Positions 24,238 to 38,600 of a DNA stretch of 64,000 bases are shown here, one piece after another; position 1 is the stretch's first letter, and each line of letters starts with the position of its first letter. The DNA comes from Octopus vulgaris (lineage: Eukaryota), in NCBI GenBank assembly GCA_951406725.2, contig OX597819.1, forward strand, positions 131,626,001 to 131,690,000, written 5' to 3'. The translations under genes were made by a program, and so were the position numbers. The notes below the pieces were generated by a model. The model saw nothing but the letters and a program-made list of their open reading frames with translations. It made no database searches and was not told the DNA's origin.

Positions 24238-25518
24238 ACCTTAATGTAAATGATTGCTGTCACCACCACCAACAAACAAACCATAGCCATCTTGAACAAC
24301 AAATAGAAACATCGTCACCACTGGCATCTCACCATTTACCATTATCATCTCTTTTATTTCCCCCTTTTTTTTGTTCTCTGGCTTACTGTCTCTTTTGAGT
24401 TACTTCCCTTAGCGTGACTCAAAGGTAGGTAGGTAGGTAGGTAGGAACATACATATATATGAGAAATAAACATTTCAGTATCTGTATTTGAATATCTATT
24501 TTATATTAATGTAAAATCTACCAGACAGATTTCTTTATTCTTCTTTATAATGAATTTTGTGCGTATAGATCAAAACTACATAAAGAATATTAACAGGTTA
24601 AATATAGAAACCGTTTCCTATCAACTTTTTGTTACTTCAATGTTCAATTTTTTGTACTTTTATCTTTTTCACCTAAATTTTCTGTTGATTTTATTTTTAA
24701 AATTAAATATTTTTCTTGGCCAATGTTGTCAATAATGAAGTCAAAATAACAGAATGATGTAGGTTTATTTTTGACAGAAAATATCATAAAAGAATTTTTA
24801 TTGAAAGCACAATGAGTTTATGTAAAAAGAAAAACAAACAAGTAAAACATTTTTCAATTGAAAATATTTTTTTCTCTCACATGAAATATCTTTCCCCAAA
24901 ATGTCAGATGTGTCTTCTCCCCATGGCAAACAAACTTATTCACTCATTCATTGTATAGTTTATGCTGGTGACTCACCACCACCAGCTCTTTTGGATTCTG
25001 TTTTTTATTTTTACATTTTCCCATTTCATTGCAACATATCTTTTCAAAGTAAGACATTAACACATTCTCATCCATATTTCTCTTTTAAAGCAACTTGTAT
25101 TTTTGTTTTTTTTTTTACACTTTATTCATAGAATATCTTTTAATATTTTCTGTGTTGATTCATTGAGAGAAAAGAAAGTGTCCATGTACCGTATAATAGG
25201 GAAAGCTATCAACAGTGAATCAGCTACAGTGACTGATTTGGACATGTTAGTAGAGAAAGCTGTCAAAGAGATGCAGTAGATAAGACAGAAGAAACAATTA
25301 TGTAGAATTATGATTCAAATTTTGAAATGAAGCATAATTTATCTGTGACATAGAGAAGCCATTGTTGTCCAACAAAAAAGGAGGGCAGTGAAAAAAGTCT
25401 TCATAAAAGTAAAATGGGTTTTTTTTTCACTCAACAAAGAGTTGAGACATTGAGGTTATCTGTAAAGAAAAGTTTGCCAAGCAAGTGAATGGCTTCCTGT
25501 TAATGTGAACAATAATAA

Positions 25519-25595
25519 TAGAAGGGTATATACTGTTTAGTAGAAGGGTATATACTGTTTAGTAGAAGGATATGTACTGTTTAGTAGAAGGGTAT
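25519..25595. repeat. 22-bp minisatellite, ~3.5 units
   Basis: tagaagggtatatactgtttag repeated. Confidence 0.9.
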
Positions 25596-26205
25596 TATAA
25601 ATTGCGGATAGATTCGGCTTACGTGTAGTAATCTATTTTGTTATTGATTGCTTCTGGCCTCTGTGACAGAGTTTGATTTTTCTTATTTTTTTGATACAGA
25701 TTTTGTTATAATACATTACTGCATTGAATGATACATTATAAAGTAGGTAGATTATTTAAAATTACTTTTTTTTTTAATGGGATACACTAATTATAATTAA
25801 TATTTGAAGAATTTTACAATTGTCATTATACAAGTATGGTAACAATCTTTTCACAAACCAAAGAAAAAAAAAAAGGATTTTCTTAGCATCAAGAAAATAG
25901 ATAGGCAAATGGTGTATGGTATTTATCTGATGCCTGTTCTCTACACAGAGAAATTGAGACAAAACAGAATTCTGTTTTGGTTTAGAGAAACAAGAAAGCA
26001 GTTGCAGTGAGTTCTAAATCACTGCAAGTGGCTGCACTGATAGATTATTTCTTGTTTATATTTCTTAATTCATTAAAATATGTCGCTCACCGATAGAGAT
26101 AACACTGATTTATAACTCTAATAAAACACAGTAGCTTTTATCAATCTCTCTTCCTCTCTGTCTGTCTGTCTGTCTCTCTCTCTTTCATGCACACACACAT
26201 GCACA

Positions 26206-26247
<42 letters not shown>

Positions 26248-26289
26248 CTCACTCTTTCCCTATCTTGTCGCTCATTTACTCATTCTTAC

Positions 26290-26533
26290 CTGAGATTTAA
26301 GTAACAAATCAATTTATTGCATTACCAGCAGGTAACGGTTGTCTTCTTATTCTTTCTTTGTCCTTAACTATAGTTTGGTATAGAACTGTCATTTCATGGA
26401 ATGAGCCAATAATATTAATGATAAGAGAGGAAATGTTAAATCTGGAATGATGGAATATCTTGAAGAGAAGAAATAATAAGGATGTATTACTGAGTTGGAG
26501 GTGGCACATCCAGCTCATCTTTCCAAATCACGT
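26290..26533 (-). other. Exon-like segment (copy 1), non-coding or degraded
   Basis: Bounded by cttgtttctatatacag| and CAG|gtaaga; contains AATAAA at 26318-26313; homologous to 28765-28979. Confidence 0.45.
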
Positions 26534-26998
26534 CTGTATATAGAAACAAGAGATACAAGCAAAAATCAAAGCAGCATATTTTTTTCCAATAGAAATCCTA
26601 TCCTTGTTTGCCCATTCTGTGTTCTTTAGATGAGGCCAGAATTTCAAATGCTTACTGTTAATGAATAATCTATAGCTAATTGGCCTGTTTGTTTGCCAAG
26701 CATTATGTTATGTATTTAAGCATGGTTTACTTAGTGTTTAGTATCTAAAATGTCAAGGCATTACATATGATAGGTCTTGAAGCCAATTTCTAAGAATTTA
26801 TAGCCAAGAACTCAAAATCATTGAAATGTCAGAAACCATTATCTGTAAAAGTAAAGCATTCATTTCTAGAATTTATAAACCCAGTTAATGTTAGTTTAAA
26901 TTTTGTTAGAAATATTGTTAATTTTGTTTTCAATTTTCTAAAATTCTATATTATGTAGCGCTAACTAAACTACATTAACCAAATCAAATAATTACGTA

Positions 26999-27445
26999 TT
27001 AACGTTCTGGGACTTTAAATAAAGTTACTTCAACTTTCTCGTCTTGACATTGGTATAATATTTCCCCTTCGAAATCTAACAGGTTGTGTCGACGAGCCCG
27101 TATTAACATACCAACCAGTTTATTAGAAATGCGTAAATATGCATGAAATAATTCACCAAATGTCACTCGAACAGATTTATCAGGTTGATGCACTCCAATC
27201 GCAGCTATTATCATGCATAGTTCATGAATTTCATTGTAGACCGATTCCAAGGCTTCTTGGCCGCGGATTGCTGTCAATGTACCTTCCACTGGTTTGCCAT
27301 AGTTTTCGTCTGTTTTTGACAACTTTACTCGATGAGATGCACCTTCCCATAATGAAAATGGATTAATTAATTGTTTCTCTTTGTGATCATCGACACGTGC
27401 CTGCCAAGAAGAGATTTCTGAGACCAAATTTTTTGAATGAGGCAT
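26999..27445 (-). CDS. ABRA: Actin-binding Rho-activating protein (ABRA/STARS)-like, Costars domain, 148 aa
   Basis: Intact ORF with QLINPFS, YGKPVEGTLTAIRG, VTFGELFHAYLRISNKLVGMLIRARRHNLLDFEGEILYQCQDEKVEVTL, typical of the ABRA C-terminus. Splice acceptor (ttttttaaattcttcaacag, AG at 27448-27447) lies 1 nt before the ATG, so an upstream exon is implied. Confidence 0.92.
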   Translation of the reverse strand: MPHSKNLVSEISSWQARVDDHKEKQLINPFSLWEGASHRVKLSKTDENYGKPVEGTLTAIRGQEALESVYNEIHELCMIIAAIGVHQPDKSVRVTFGELFHAYLRISNKLVGMLIRARRHNLLDFEGEILYQCQDEKVEVTLFKVPER

Positions 27446-28158
27446 TCTGTTGAAGAATTTAAAAAACTATTATTACAGAAATGAAAGTAAATTGATTTAT
27501 CAAGAATAAAATAAATAAAACACAAGTCAGTGATATAAAATATATATACATCACTGATATAAAATATATATATATCAGCTATATGATATATATGTATCAG
27601 CTATATGATATTGAAGAAAATAAAGGAAATTATTGCGTTACATGTGATAAATATTGATTTATTATGTTAATTCAAGGCCACAGGTTCATAGGGCTGGGAC
27701 AGGTATCAGTGGCTCTATCATAGTATATGGTAGATGCAAATGATGGATCCTTATTTTGTTGATGCCACAAACATAAAAGGCAAATTTACCCCCTGCTTGT
27801 GTTTGTTGAGGCAACAATGGTGTCTGAACAAGCAGTACCTTCTATGGAGCCCAAACATTGGTCATGTGCTGTACTTCATTGCACATGTATTCTCTCTTTC
27901 TCCTACTCATTCTCATACATGCGTGTATACCATACATGCATACCATACACATACACATATGCACACACACACACACACACACCACACACACACACATATA
28001 TATCTGTGAATGTTGATAAGATATTTCAATTGAGAATAATTTCTTTGATTCATAACAATTAGAATAATTTCTCCATGAAACATGTCATCAAAGAATTACA
28101 GGTTGAAGGAATAATCAAATAACATTTCGTTTTAAGTGATCATACACACATAGCCAGA

Positions 28159-28210
<52 letters not shown>

Positions 28211-28764
28211 ACTTATTAGCATAATGAATATATTGTTAAATAAATAAATGGATTGCTGAATGATAATAGATACTTAATGAAATCAATAATAGGTTATAAT
28301 GGAATATATAGGATTCATGTAATTTGCTTGCAGCTTTGCAGTATGTATAAACAAGATGAATGTTTGCTAAAAAAATCTGTGAGCAATGCAGATGAGGAGT
28401 GAAGCAAAATATATAAAGTGATGTCAATGAATGAAAAGAAAATGAGAAAAGATATTGTATTACCTTACAGAGGTTGTTTAATGTACTTTTAATATTTGGG
28501 AGAAAAATTCCCCTTTTCAAACAGAAGAAAATAATCTAAGACTTTGGAGAAGTGTATAGTTATCAGCAGGATGTTCTGGTGTGTTGTGATGGAAAGTATT
28601 GCTTGAATTAGTTTGTGCACCAATTGTAATAGTAGTTGTTTGGTTGAGGTGGGTAGTATCAGTAGCAGCAAGTAATGTGGTGTACCAAAACTAACTGGTA
28701 AGTGACACAGTATAGAAAGTGCAGATATGTAAAGTTGGGGTGGGAAAGGTCACTAAATTCTTAG

Positions 28765-28979
28765 CTGAACTTTAAAGAAAATTACCAATTGTCTTTTTAT
28801 TCTTTCTCTGTCATTAACTATAGTTGGGTCAAGAACTTTCCATGGAATGAACCAATAATATTAATAATAAGAGAGGAAATATTAAATCAGCAATGATGGA
28901 ATATCTTGAAGAGAAGAAATAATAAGGATGTATTATTGAGTTGGAGGTGGTAGATCCAGCTCATCTTTCTAAATCACAT
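28765..28979 (-). repeat. Diverged direct copy 2 of the exon-like segment, donor mutated
   Basis: Shares e.g. aatgatggaatatcttgaagagaagaaataataaggatgtatta with 26447-26488; keeps the AG but the donor reads CAG|ctaaga. Confidence 0.75.
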
Positions 28980-30639
28980 CTGAATCAACCACAATACTTA
29001 TGATTCTTTCAGTTTCCATCAGTTAGATCCACTCACAAAGCTTTGGTTAGCTTGAGGCTATAGTAGAAGACACTTGCTCAAGGTATCACACAGACTGAAC
29101 CCTGAACTGCGTGGTTGGGAAGCAAGCTTCTTACCACACAGCCATGCTTGCACCCCCTGAGAATTTTTTTGTTCAAATAGAGTAAGTTATACAAAGCTGC
29201 TGGGTGGTGGTGGTGGTGGGGGGTAAAATTTGATGTGATTGGTAAATGGATGTGAGAAAAATGTTAAGAAGAGTGAGGCAAGGTAGGTAGAAAATCTAGT
29301 TCATGCAATTAAATTCTGTTGTTGACATCTGGTTTATGTAATTTAATGACAATAGCCTCCTTGATTCTTAAGTTACCAATATTCCTGTCAATGGTAAAGA
29401 TGGTATTCCACTTCACAGTTGTGACATTTGGAGGTATTTCTTAACCAATGAAGCATGTATATGTAGATGTTCTTTAATGGCATATCTAGATTGCACTGCT
29501 ACTGTGACCCTTGATGTATTGCAAGTAGAAAAATGCATAAGTACATTCAAACTATGAGCGATACATTGGCAAACCTACCTTTACATGTATAGGAACGCTC
29601 AAGTAGTTTATGTAAGTGTATCGTACATCAAAATCCTATATGCCCTAATATGTACATGCATCCACATATTTATATACAGAAGGACTTATTTGTATATACA
29701 TTTATATACACATTTATACCTACCACATACATAGCCACAACTTGCAGACACATATACATACATTTTCATATGCATACACACATATATTTACTTACATGTA
29801 TGTATATACGCTTATGCATGCATATATATCTATAACTTATACATACACACATTCACATACATGCATGTAGCACATGCATATACATACACATATCTACATA
29901 CACACAATCACAACCCAGTCTCTCTATAGGTCAAGTAGTGGTGTGGAGACAAACAGACACGCATTCACACACACATACACACAACAAGCTTCTTTAGTTC
30001 CTGTCCATCAAATCCACTTGTAAGGCTTGGTTGGCCCAGGGCTATAGTGGAAGACCCTCATTCAAGGTGCTGTGTAGTGGGAGTGAACTCAAAACTATGT
30101 ATTTGGAAAGCATGCTTTATTTATTATAGTAATGATACTCTATAAGTCTGTGTGTGTGCTCACTTAACTTGAAATACCATTGTTTGATTATTCTTCCTAT
30201 TTCTAATTCTTTGTTATATTTTGTAGAGAAATTATTTGTAGAGAAATTATTTCAAGTCTTATGAATTAAATTCATTCTGAATATTTGAATTACAAAGATA
30301 TTTTGAACTATCTGAACTATGTTTTAAGATTCAAAATATTCAGTTTCTGAAGGGCTATTAAATCAGTGAAAGCAGAGTTTCTTTGCTAAAACATTATATA
30401 TATAAAATAACTGAAAGTAAAACTATTTGCTCCCTATTAACTTGTATTGAGTCCTCTTTGGATGTCTGATTGCCTTTATTTTGATTGAAAAATTTTCACA
30501 CACACACATATGAAAGGAGAAAGAGAGGAATGATGGGAATAGATTTATCTCTGACTCTCCTGACTGGAAAACCATACCCAGTTGGCTATCCATTTTGTGG
30601 TTGCAACAATTATTCAATTAATCAAACAACCCTTTTTCA

Positions 30640-33420
30640 TTGCTAGAATATGGAACATTTGAAATCTGTAAGACAGGAAAAACATTGCCTGACCAGAATG
30701 ATGACCTGGCAAAGTTTAATGTTGATATTGCAGTAATTACTGAAACTGGATTTGCAGATAAAGGTGGAAGTGACAGAAATTGGCCTTGGATACACTTTCT
30801 TGTAGAATGTTAAATGAAAATATCTATTTGTAAAGTGGTTAGTGAACGAGTAGAGACGATGTTAGAATGAGAGGATTGAGAGGCACAAAAATGATGGATG
30901 AGTGAGTTTTGCTGTGAAATTTAAGTTGGTGAGGGATCTAAAACTAATGCACCCCTACACCGAAAGGATTGTCTTCTCAAGGGCCATGATGCAACAGCTA
31001 TGGCAGCACCTGATGCATATCATGAAGATAAATTAAATTTCTACAACAGTCAGACAAAAACCTTCTCAAGGATGACTGCAACACCTGGGTGGGGAAAGTG
31101 CAGCATCTGGAATGGCATCACCAGACACCAAGACATTGCAAACTACAGCTATAATAGTCGTCTTCTTTTCAGATTATCTGCTGAATATGACCAAATGATT
31201 AGCACTTCCTTCTTCAGGTTGAAGTCTGTTTACAATGCAATCTGGAGGCATTGGTCATGTCATTGGCCTCAAATTGATGACATTATTGTCTGAAGAAGTG
31301 ACATCAATATTACTGAACAATGATGACAGCTGCATTAACCATTATTTTGTCTTGTCATGTCAAAGAATGGAATTGTAAAGTAAACCAAGGGGTAACCTGA
31401 AGAACAATAAACCATTGTCAGAGAAGCTGAATTTTCAACAACTAAAATGTCTTGGAACTCATCACAAATTTCAGCCTGGGGACAGAATCTGATCCCCATT
31501 TCATTCCATCTTATAGTTTCAATGATCTCACCTGAAAAATACTGTAGTTTGTGCCGTTCAGTCATTAGTATAATTCTCAAATGACACACATCAAGATTTG
31601 ATGGAAAGAAATCTGTGAACTCATCTCAACCAAAACTCTACAAGATTTGCTTAGAAAAACAGCCTTTGATCCCAAATCAAGAAAGCCAACTTTCATCACT
31701 TCCTTATTCAATTCTAAATCTGTAGATTCAGAATGATGCGGTAAGCCAAGGCCAATGAAATACAATATCTCACATGTGACTTTTCCTCAGCTATTTGTAT
31801 CCGCTATGGACCAAACAAGGAGAGCTGGAGGTGGCAGTACTGTGACAGATGATCACACGAATTTGAACACTTCACCAATCAATTGATCAGTCTCTGGTGA
31901 CAGCTGAACTCTTCACTGTAAGCAGGCATGGGTGGAAACTCCCCTGTCATAGAAGGAACTGGACACTGGCTATCTTTCAGATATATGACTACAAAACTCT
32001 TAGACCCCAGTTTCATTCCTGCTGAACTGTACAAGCAATGAGGAACATCTTTCAATGTTCATTTCCACCACCTGGTACTCTAAATATAAGAATGAAAACA
32101 TGTATTTAATAACTTTAAACATGCCAGTGTTGTGACTGTGTTAAAAAGAAAGACGATCATGGTGTATATGAAAACAAAAATATTTCTGTTATCTGCTGGC
32201 AAGATTTCGTCTTGGATTTTGCTGACTCAATAAAGACAACTTTCTAAATAAACTTTGCTAAAGTCAGAACAAGGCTCAACTGATGCGATTTTTGTTGTTA
32301 AGCAGTTCCAATAAAAAGCAAAGAAGCAATGGAAAGCACTCTTTTTCATCATCTATGATCTGGTTGGAACCTTAGATGCAGTTCCAAAGATCCATCTTAT
32401 GGGAAATACTCAAGAGATTCACGTACCCAGACCATTTCTAACAAATGGTTGTGTCTAGCATGAAAAGTGGGTGAGAGTGTTGCCATTATGAACTCACTCT
32501 TGAATTGAACATCATCAGTGATGTTAAACAGAGATATATAGTCACATCTTCCCTATTTTCAATGTATAGTATCACTATGTTAATGAAAATCAAGCATGAT
32601 TCCAAACTTGAAATTACCATTCAATTCACAGCAAAAGGCTTTAAATCTATGATGATATGAGCTTTGATATGTTGATGATGGTATTATCTGAAGCTAAACT
32701 CTAACATGTCTCTGATGTATTAGCTCAGAATTATAAGTGTTGTGTGTCACTGTCAGTTTAGCAAAAATTAAGACTCTTTCCCAATATTTACTTGAAAAAA
32801 GATGAATCTTTGAAATTACTGTCTCTGGTGAACCAGTGAAAGACATCTTATCCTTCAGCAATAACTTGTCCAATTCCTGCTCCCCTCTCATCTCCAGCTA
32901 ATTATGAGCAGCCCTTAAAACCATTTGGTTACTGTAACAATATACCATTTCCAATCCTATCCTGAAACTCAAAACAATAGCCACAGTGCCCTCCAACACT
33001 ACTTTGTGGTTGTGAAAATTGAACAGTATACCAACATCAATTGTGTCTGCACGAGAGATTTCAACAAACAAAAGGGAATCTCATTTTGAATGTTAAATGG
33101 GATGTCTATGTTACTGGCAAGAATAAAAGTCATGAGAATAATAACCATTATTAGAAAACATTCTCTGTGATGGTTGGGACATGAAAAAAGTGTGTCAGAT
33201 GCAAGAATATCCAAATATTGTATTCTGAGATGACTGACAATCATTGCCCCAAAGGGTGCACCCAAGACATGCTTCTGTTACTCAATCAAGATGATGATGA
33301 TGATGCTTGGTTCAACGTCTTATCAACTGGGAAAATATTACAGAAGACTCTAAGAATTGAAAGCAAGAAAAAAAGAGGAGAATTTTTTGGTGAAATTCTT
33401 GTTTGATGCCAGCAGGTTAC
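30640..33420 (+). mobile_element. Ancient, heavily decayed RTE-type LINE
   Basis: Ordered remnants NVDIAVITET, GYTF, WRHWSCHWPQIDDIIV, STDAIFVVKQ, YDL..DAVP, DVKQ...LFSMY, L*WLGH. Confidence 0.75.
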
Positions 33421-33869
33421 AAGAAAAACAAGTAGAAGGAAGGACTACAGAACCAGCAGTGACTTTATGAGTACTGCTAGAGTTACTGCAGCTTCATTGA
33501 GCAAAGGTTTATTCTAAGAATTTGTAACGTATATCCCTGAAAGTTGGCAGCATCTCTAATAATGATAGCTAAGGAAGGACGAGGAATGTTCCTGAGGATA
33601 TTTGTGTGTATGTGTGGGCATGTGCATTCAAGCTTACACACACACACACATACAGATATATATGTGGATATAGACATTGATTTTTAACATTGGCACATGA
33701 CCAGATATTTACAATAGAATTAAATGAACACCAGTAACTTATTTTAATGACCCAGTGAAGGATGAAAAACTAAGTGGATATCAATCAACTTTGAACTCAG
33801 AGGGATGTAACTAAATACATCAAAGTGTTTAATCTGTCTCTATAATGATTTAGATAATCCAGTGCATAA

Positions 33870-34448
33870 TAATAATAATAATAAATGCCCTGATGCAGTA
33901 CCAGGAAGTGGCTCTCGTGGCTTCTGATCTTAACTGATTGGAAGTGTTATCATGTACACTGTTTTGCTTTGGTATAAAAGATGGGCTACAGCAAATATTC
34001 TGCTCAATACCACAGATTTGTTTGTCAGTTGTTTGACCATAACCAGTTGAGCATGTCCCTTAGTGGCTGACAATATGTGCATCTCTGATCACGAGTAGAA
34101 GTAGTTGGGGAGCATCAGAGCCATGTGTTGAGAGGGATTCTTTGGGGCTTGAATAATTTACCTCTGGAGACGTGGGTGTTTCTTACAACATTCTTAAACA
34201 ACCATTATTCAGGGACCTTTTGAGTGGGATGGGCTACTCAACCTGAAGAAAATTCTAACTGGGTCCCACCTGCAAGGTCATGTGCTGTTTAACTTGATAT
34301 GAGATCACCATTTCATGCATACATGGTTGTGTTGCAGGTGTACCCTTATCAGCTGGGTAGTCATGATGGGTCTAATGGGATTTGTATATTTTATGCATGT
34401 CATTTTGATGGCATGTGCTGCTCTCTCACTCAATAATAATAATAATAA
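33870..34448. mobile_element. Unclassified interspersed element flanked by (AAT)n
   Basis: Discrete GC-richer block bounded by (AAT)n on both sides; no ORF. Confidence 0.4.
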
Positions 34449-34449
34449 T

Positions 34450-34652
34450 CTTTTCTATTATAAGCACAAGATCTGAAATCTCTGGGGAGAAGGTTAGTTA
34501 ATTACATTGACCCCCAGCACTCGACTGGTACTTATTTCCTTGACCCTGAAAGAATGAAAGACAAAGCTGACTTTGGCAACATTTGAACTCAGAACATAAA
34601 GGTGGAAGAAATGCTGCTTGGCATTTTGTCTGCTGTGCTAATAATTCTGCCT
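34450..34652 (-). mobile_element. tRNA-SINE family B
   Basis: Matches the 20470-21160 units. Confidence 0.7.
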
Positions 34653-34689
34653 TAAGAACAATAACTGAACAACTGAAATCTCAGTGTTG

Positions 34690-35690
34690 TGTGAAATACA
34701 TGGAAAAGCAAGGCATTGCATGGAAAATACCCTTCAATGGCCAGTAATCCTGATGTAGATACAAATATGACCCATCAGTGGTTGGCAGCATCTGGACTTA
34801 AATCAGAGAGAGAGGGAGCTTCATTACAGAAGCTCAGGGTCAATGCCTGCCCACCAGGAACTACCAAACAAGCATTCTTAAAAATGGTGCTGATTTTGGT
34901 ACCACTTTTGTCTTGCAGTCAGGGAAACAATTAACTATCTCATCTCTGGGTGCTTCATGCTTGCCTCAAATGAATATATTAATTGCGATTACAGACTTGG
35001 CCAGTACTTGCACTGGATCATATGCATAAATCTGGACTCCCATATAAGAAGTGGTGGGTATATAAGCCTGTCTGAGTAGTAGAAAATAAAGATATTACTA
35101 TTGTTTGGAATTTTAGTATCCAAATTGACAGGCCAACAGACCTGGTATTGTGGTGGTAAAGAGTCACCTGAACGAAATATATCTGCTCATAGGTACGTCA
35201 ACCCCAGCAGACTGCAAAACTTCTGTAAAAACATTTGCAAAGCTAAGTAAATACAAGGACCTTAAAATAGAGGTTTAAAAAATGTGGCATCTAAGAACAA
35301 CAATTGTACCTGTGATCATCGGAGCTTGGGAGACAATATCAAAATGGCATTCTTGAACACTACAGCCATGTACCAGGAAACCCCCATGGCACCAGAACTG
35401 CAAAAACATTGTTCTCATAGGTACTGTCCCCATTCTAAAGAAGACAATGTCGACTTGAAAATACCTGATTCTTCTTAAAACTCTTTCAAAACTGCAACAT
35501 TACAAATTTAATAGAATTTTAGTTCTCAGATTCTGGTCTCCTTCCCATATAATATATGATTAATAATCTTTAATAACATTCACTGTAAAATGTCCAACTT
35601 GCTTTTATTTGAGGTCTCTGAGGGAGATTCGGAACAACTCATATGAAACTGCAACAATAATGCAAACAATAATAGTAAAAATAATAAGAT
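34690..35690 (+). mobile_element. Decayed R4/Dong-like non-LTR element (RLE-type C-terminus)
   Basis: HGKYP, THQWLAASGLKSE, YLHWIIC, WNFSIQ.DRP, KYKDL, VPVIIGAW remnants in the expected order; AAT-rich tail. Confidence 0.75.
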
Positions 35691-38600
35691 GTTCCATATT
35701 TTCACACTAACTTCTATAGAATAGATTTTATTAACTTTATGCATGAATTGTTGCAACCAATTGTTTTTACAGTTCTGTGCTCATCCAACTGAATCATTGA
35801 ACTGTGAAATAGGAGTGGCACTTGTTTTCAACTTATTTTGCAATTAGATAGATTCCAGTAGAAAGCGTCTGCAATGAATTGATTTCATAAGACATTACAT
35901 TTTAAAGCAAGAAGTGGTAAGATATTTTGGCATCCATAGATGTGAAGGGAAATGGCTTTAACTGGGACTCAAAGAAAAGTTATGGTGATTGATGGTATGG
36001 CAGGCGCTAGGAGTTTATCTTTGGTTTATGAGGAATTGATAAGCAAATGAGATTGAGGAATCAAAACAAACCAAGTCAAAAATAGCTTCACTAAATATTT
36101 GAAACAAATGCGGAGCATCTTTTAGTTACACACTAAAATTGTAAAATGATATTATCTATGATAATGATAATAATTACATTATCTTCACAGTTATTTTATA
36201 AAATTATTTTATCTGCAATAATTATATAAACTACGAAATTATACCAGCTACAAAAGTATATCATCTACAAAGTTGTATAACCAACAATAATTTTGTAATA
36301 TTGAGAAGAATCTGAGATAAAGAAACCGTTTAAGCTGTTTAGTGCATCAATGCTAATTACCTTTTAAATATTTAGACATATCTACAAATTGTGAATGTTG
36401 GCCTGCTTTAATAGAAATACTTTTTTGCCTAAACTATAATATATAGAGGAGAATTTTTCTAAGGAACATATCAATATATTTCTAACAGGTTTATTTTTCT
36501 CAACACAATTGCAATGAGCTTCATAATTTATCTAAATTCTATTGTCACTATGTGTATATACAACACGTGTGTGTGTGTATACATGCCATGAGCACAGGGG
36601 TACAGAGATTACTCAAGTTGGAGACTAAACACTCTGCAAGACCATTAATAATGTTTCTAGACTCGGTTGACTTGTTAGATGTAGCAGCCAAATATCCCTC
36701 AAATCACACTGATCATCTTGAAAAGAAAAGAAATGAAAGGGATGCACTGAGCAATGCAGTCCTAGATATATGAAAAAATGGGAAGATCATGGTTGGAACA
36801 GCTTCGATCATAGGTCTACTCAGCCAAGGCTGACGAAGGGTTAAACAATAACATGACACAGTCATTGGAGGAAGAGTATGAAAGAATTTGTAACTATGCT
36901 GTAATTAAGATTACTTATTAATTAATCTGTATTAATTGATATTTAATAACTTAGTCGTTGTTGTCATAATTATTTCATTCCTTCACTGTATCTTACTCCC
37001 ATTCTGTTGACATATGATAGCATTAAACTGAAAGAAACTGTCTTCTTTCTTCTATTCTTGGATCAGAATCTGTCGGTCTCCCACATCATTATAATAATAA
37101 TCACATTATCTCTGCAAATTGTAAATCCATTTCAAGAAAATTATATCTGGCTTTATTTATGGACCGTACTTGAATTACATAGACATTGCAGTGTAATTGA
37201 GCTAATCGTGTTCATTATCTTTTAACATCTGTCTCCTATGCCAGCATGGTTTAGTTGCTTTGACAGGATCTGATAAGCCAGAGGTCTACATTGAGCTCCA
37301 ATGTCTGCTTTGGCATGGTCACTACAGTTAAATGCCCTTTCTTTTGCCACTAGGAACTCTTCTTTTTTTTCTTTCACCATTATTTATCTCTGAATTAAAG
37401 ATGGTATGTACTGTTTTGTCTGTATTTCAAGTGTCTTCCATCTTCACATTCATGGCACCCCAGTAACTTGAAGGTAGATCTACAAATTACCAGTTTGGTT
37501 TTGTCAATTATTATTGAACACTTGACATATCATCATCACCCCCGACTACCACCACCACCATATAAGAAACATAAATTTAAGTCAATGATTGATCTGAACA
37601 TGGGTGATGACATGGGTGGCATGTCTTTTGCTGGAATAGGAGCAGTAGTTGGTTGCTCCAAAATGTGAATGAAAGGAGTGTGTCAAGCTAGGTGGAATGA
37701 AAGTGGTATTGTGTTTCTGATAATATGTGTATTTCTATTGGTAGGGATGGGGTTGATAGTGGTGGTGGGTTGAAGAATGTGCCATCAAGATTGAAAACAG
37801 AACAAATTATTATTTTAAAAAAAATATAGAATTCAGATGTTTTAAATTATTTAAACTTGTCCAAAACAATGGTGGGAAAAGAAGAATTCCATGGATACAA
37901 ACTCTGTTTTGTCTTCTAATTAATAAAGAATTTGGAGGAAGGGGAGAATTTTACTAAGGAGTGGGCTGGGAGTTAGTTTTTATCTGTTTGAAATTCATTT
38001 AGACTTATTCTAGGCCCTTCTGCTCTCACAGGGAACAGGTATTGACAGTATTTGTGATGGCTGTCAGACATACATTCTCCCTCGTTGTAGTTGTAGCCAT
38101 CATGTATCCTAGCATGGTTGTGTTAGTCATCTCACGGTAGACAGTGTAGTGATGGACCGCAAGACTGGCTATCTTCATTATCATTTAATGTCGTCTTCCA
38201 CATTGCAATGGGTTGGACAGTTTCATAGGCCCCAGTGAACTGGGGGGTTGCACTGAGCTCCAATGCCAGCTTTGGCATGGTTTCTAGGGTTGGATGCTCT
38301 TCCAAATGCCAACCACTTTACAGAGTGTACGAAGGATACTTTTTTCATGGTAATAGCATTTGTGAGTTCTCCAGACACTCTACTGAATGATGTGGGTGGG
38401 GGACATAGTATTGAGAGAAGTAGCTTTATGTCAGGTGTTTGAGGGGCTAAAGTATGATAGAAAGACAAGAATAGGTGTTTTGTAGGGAGATCCATGGCTA
38501 CCTCAGCTGGAAAGGGAGAACGAATGGTGGAGAATGTGGTACAAGAAGAAGGATAAAGAAAGAATAAGGATAGAAAATCAAAGATGGTTGGATGGTATTG

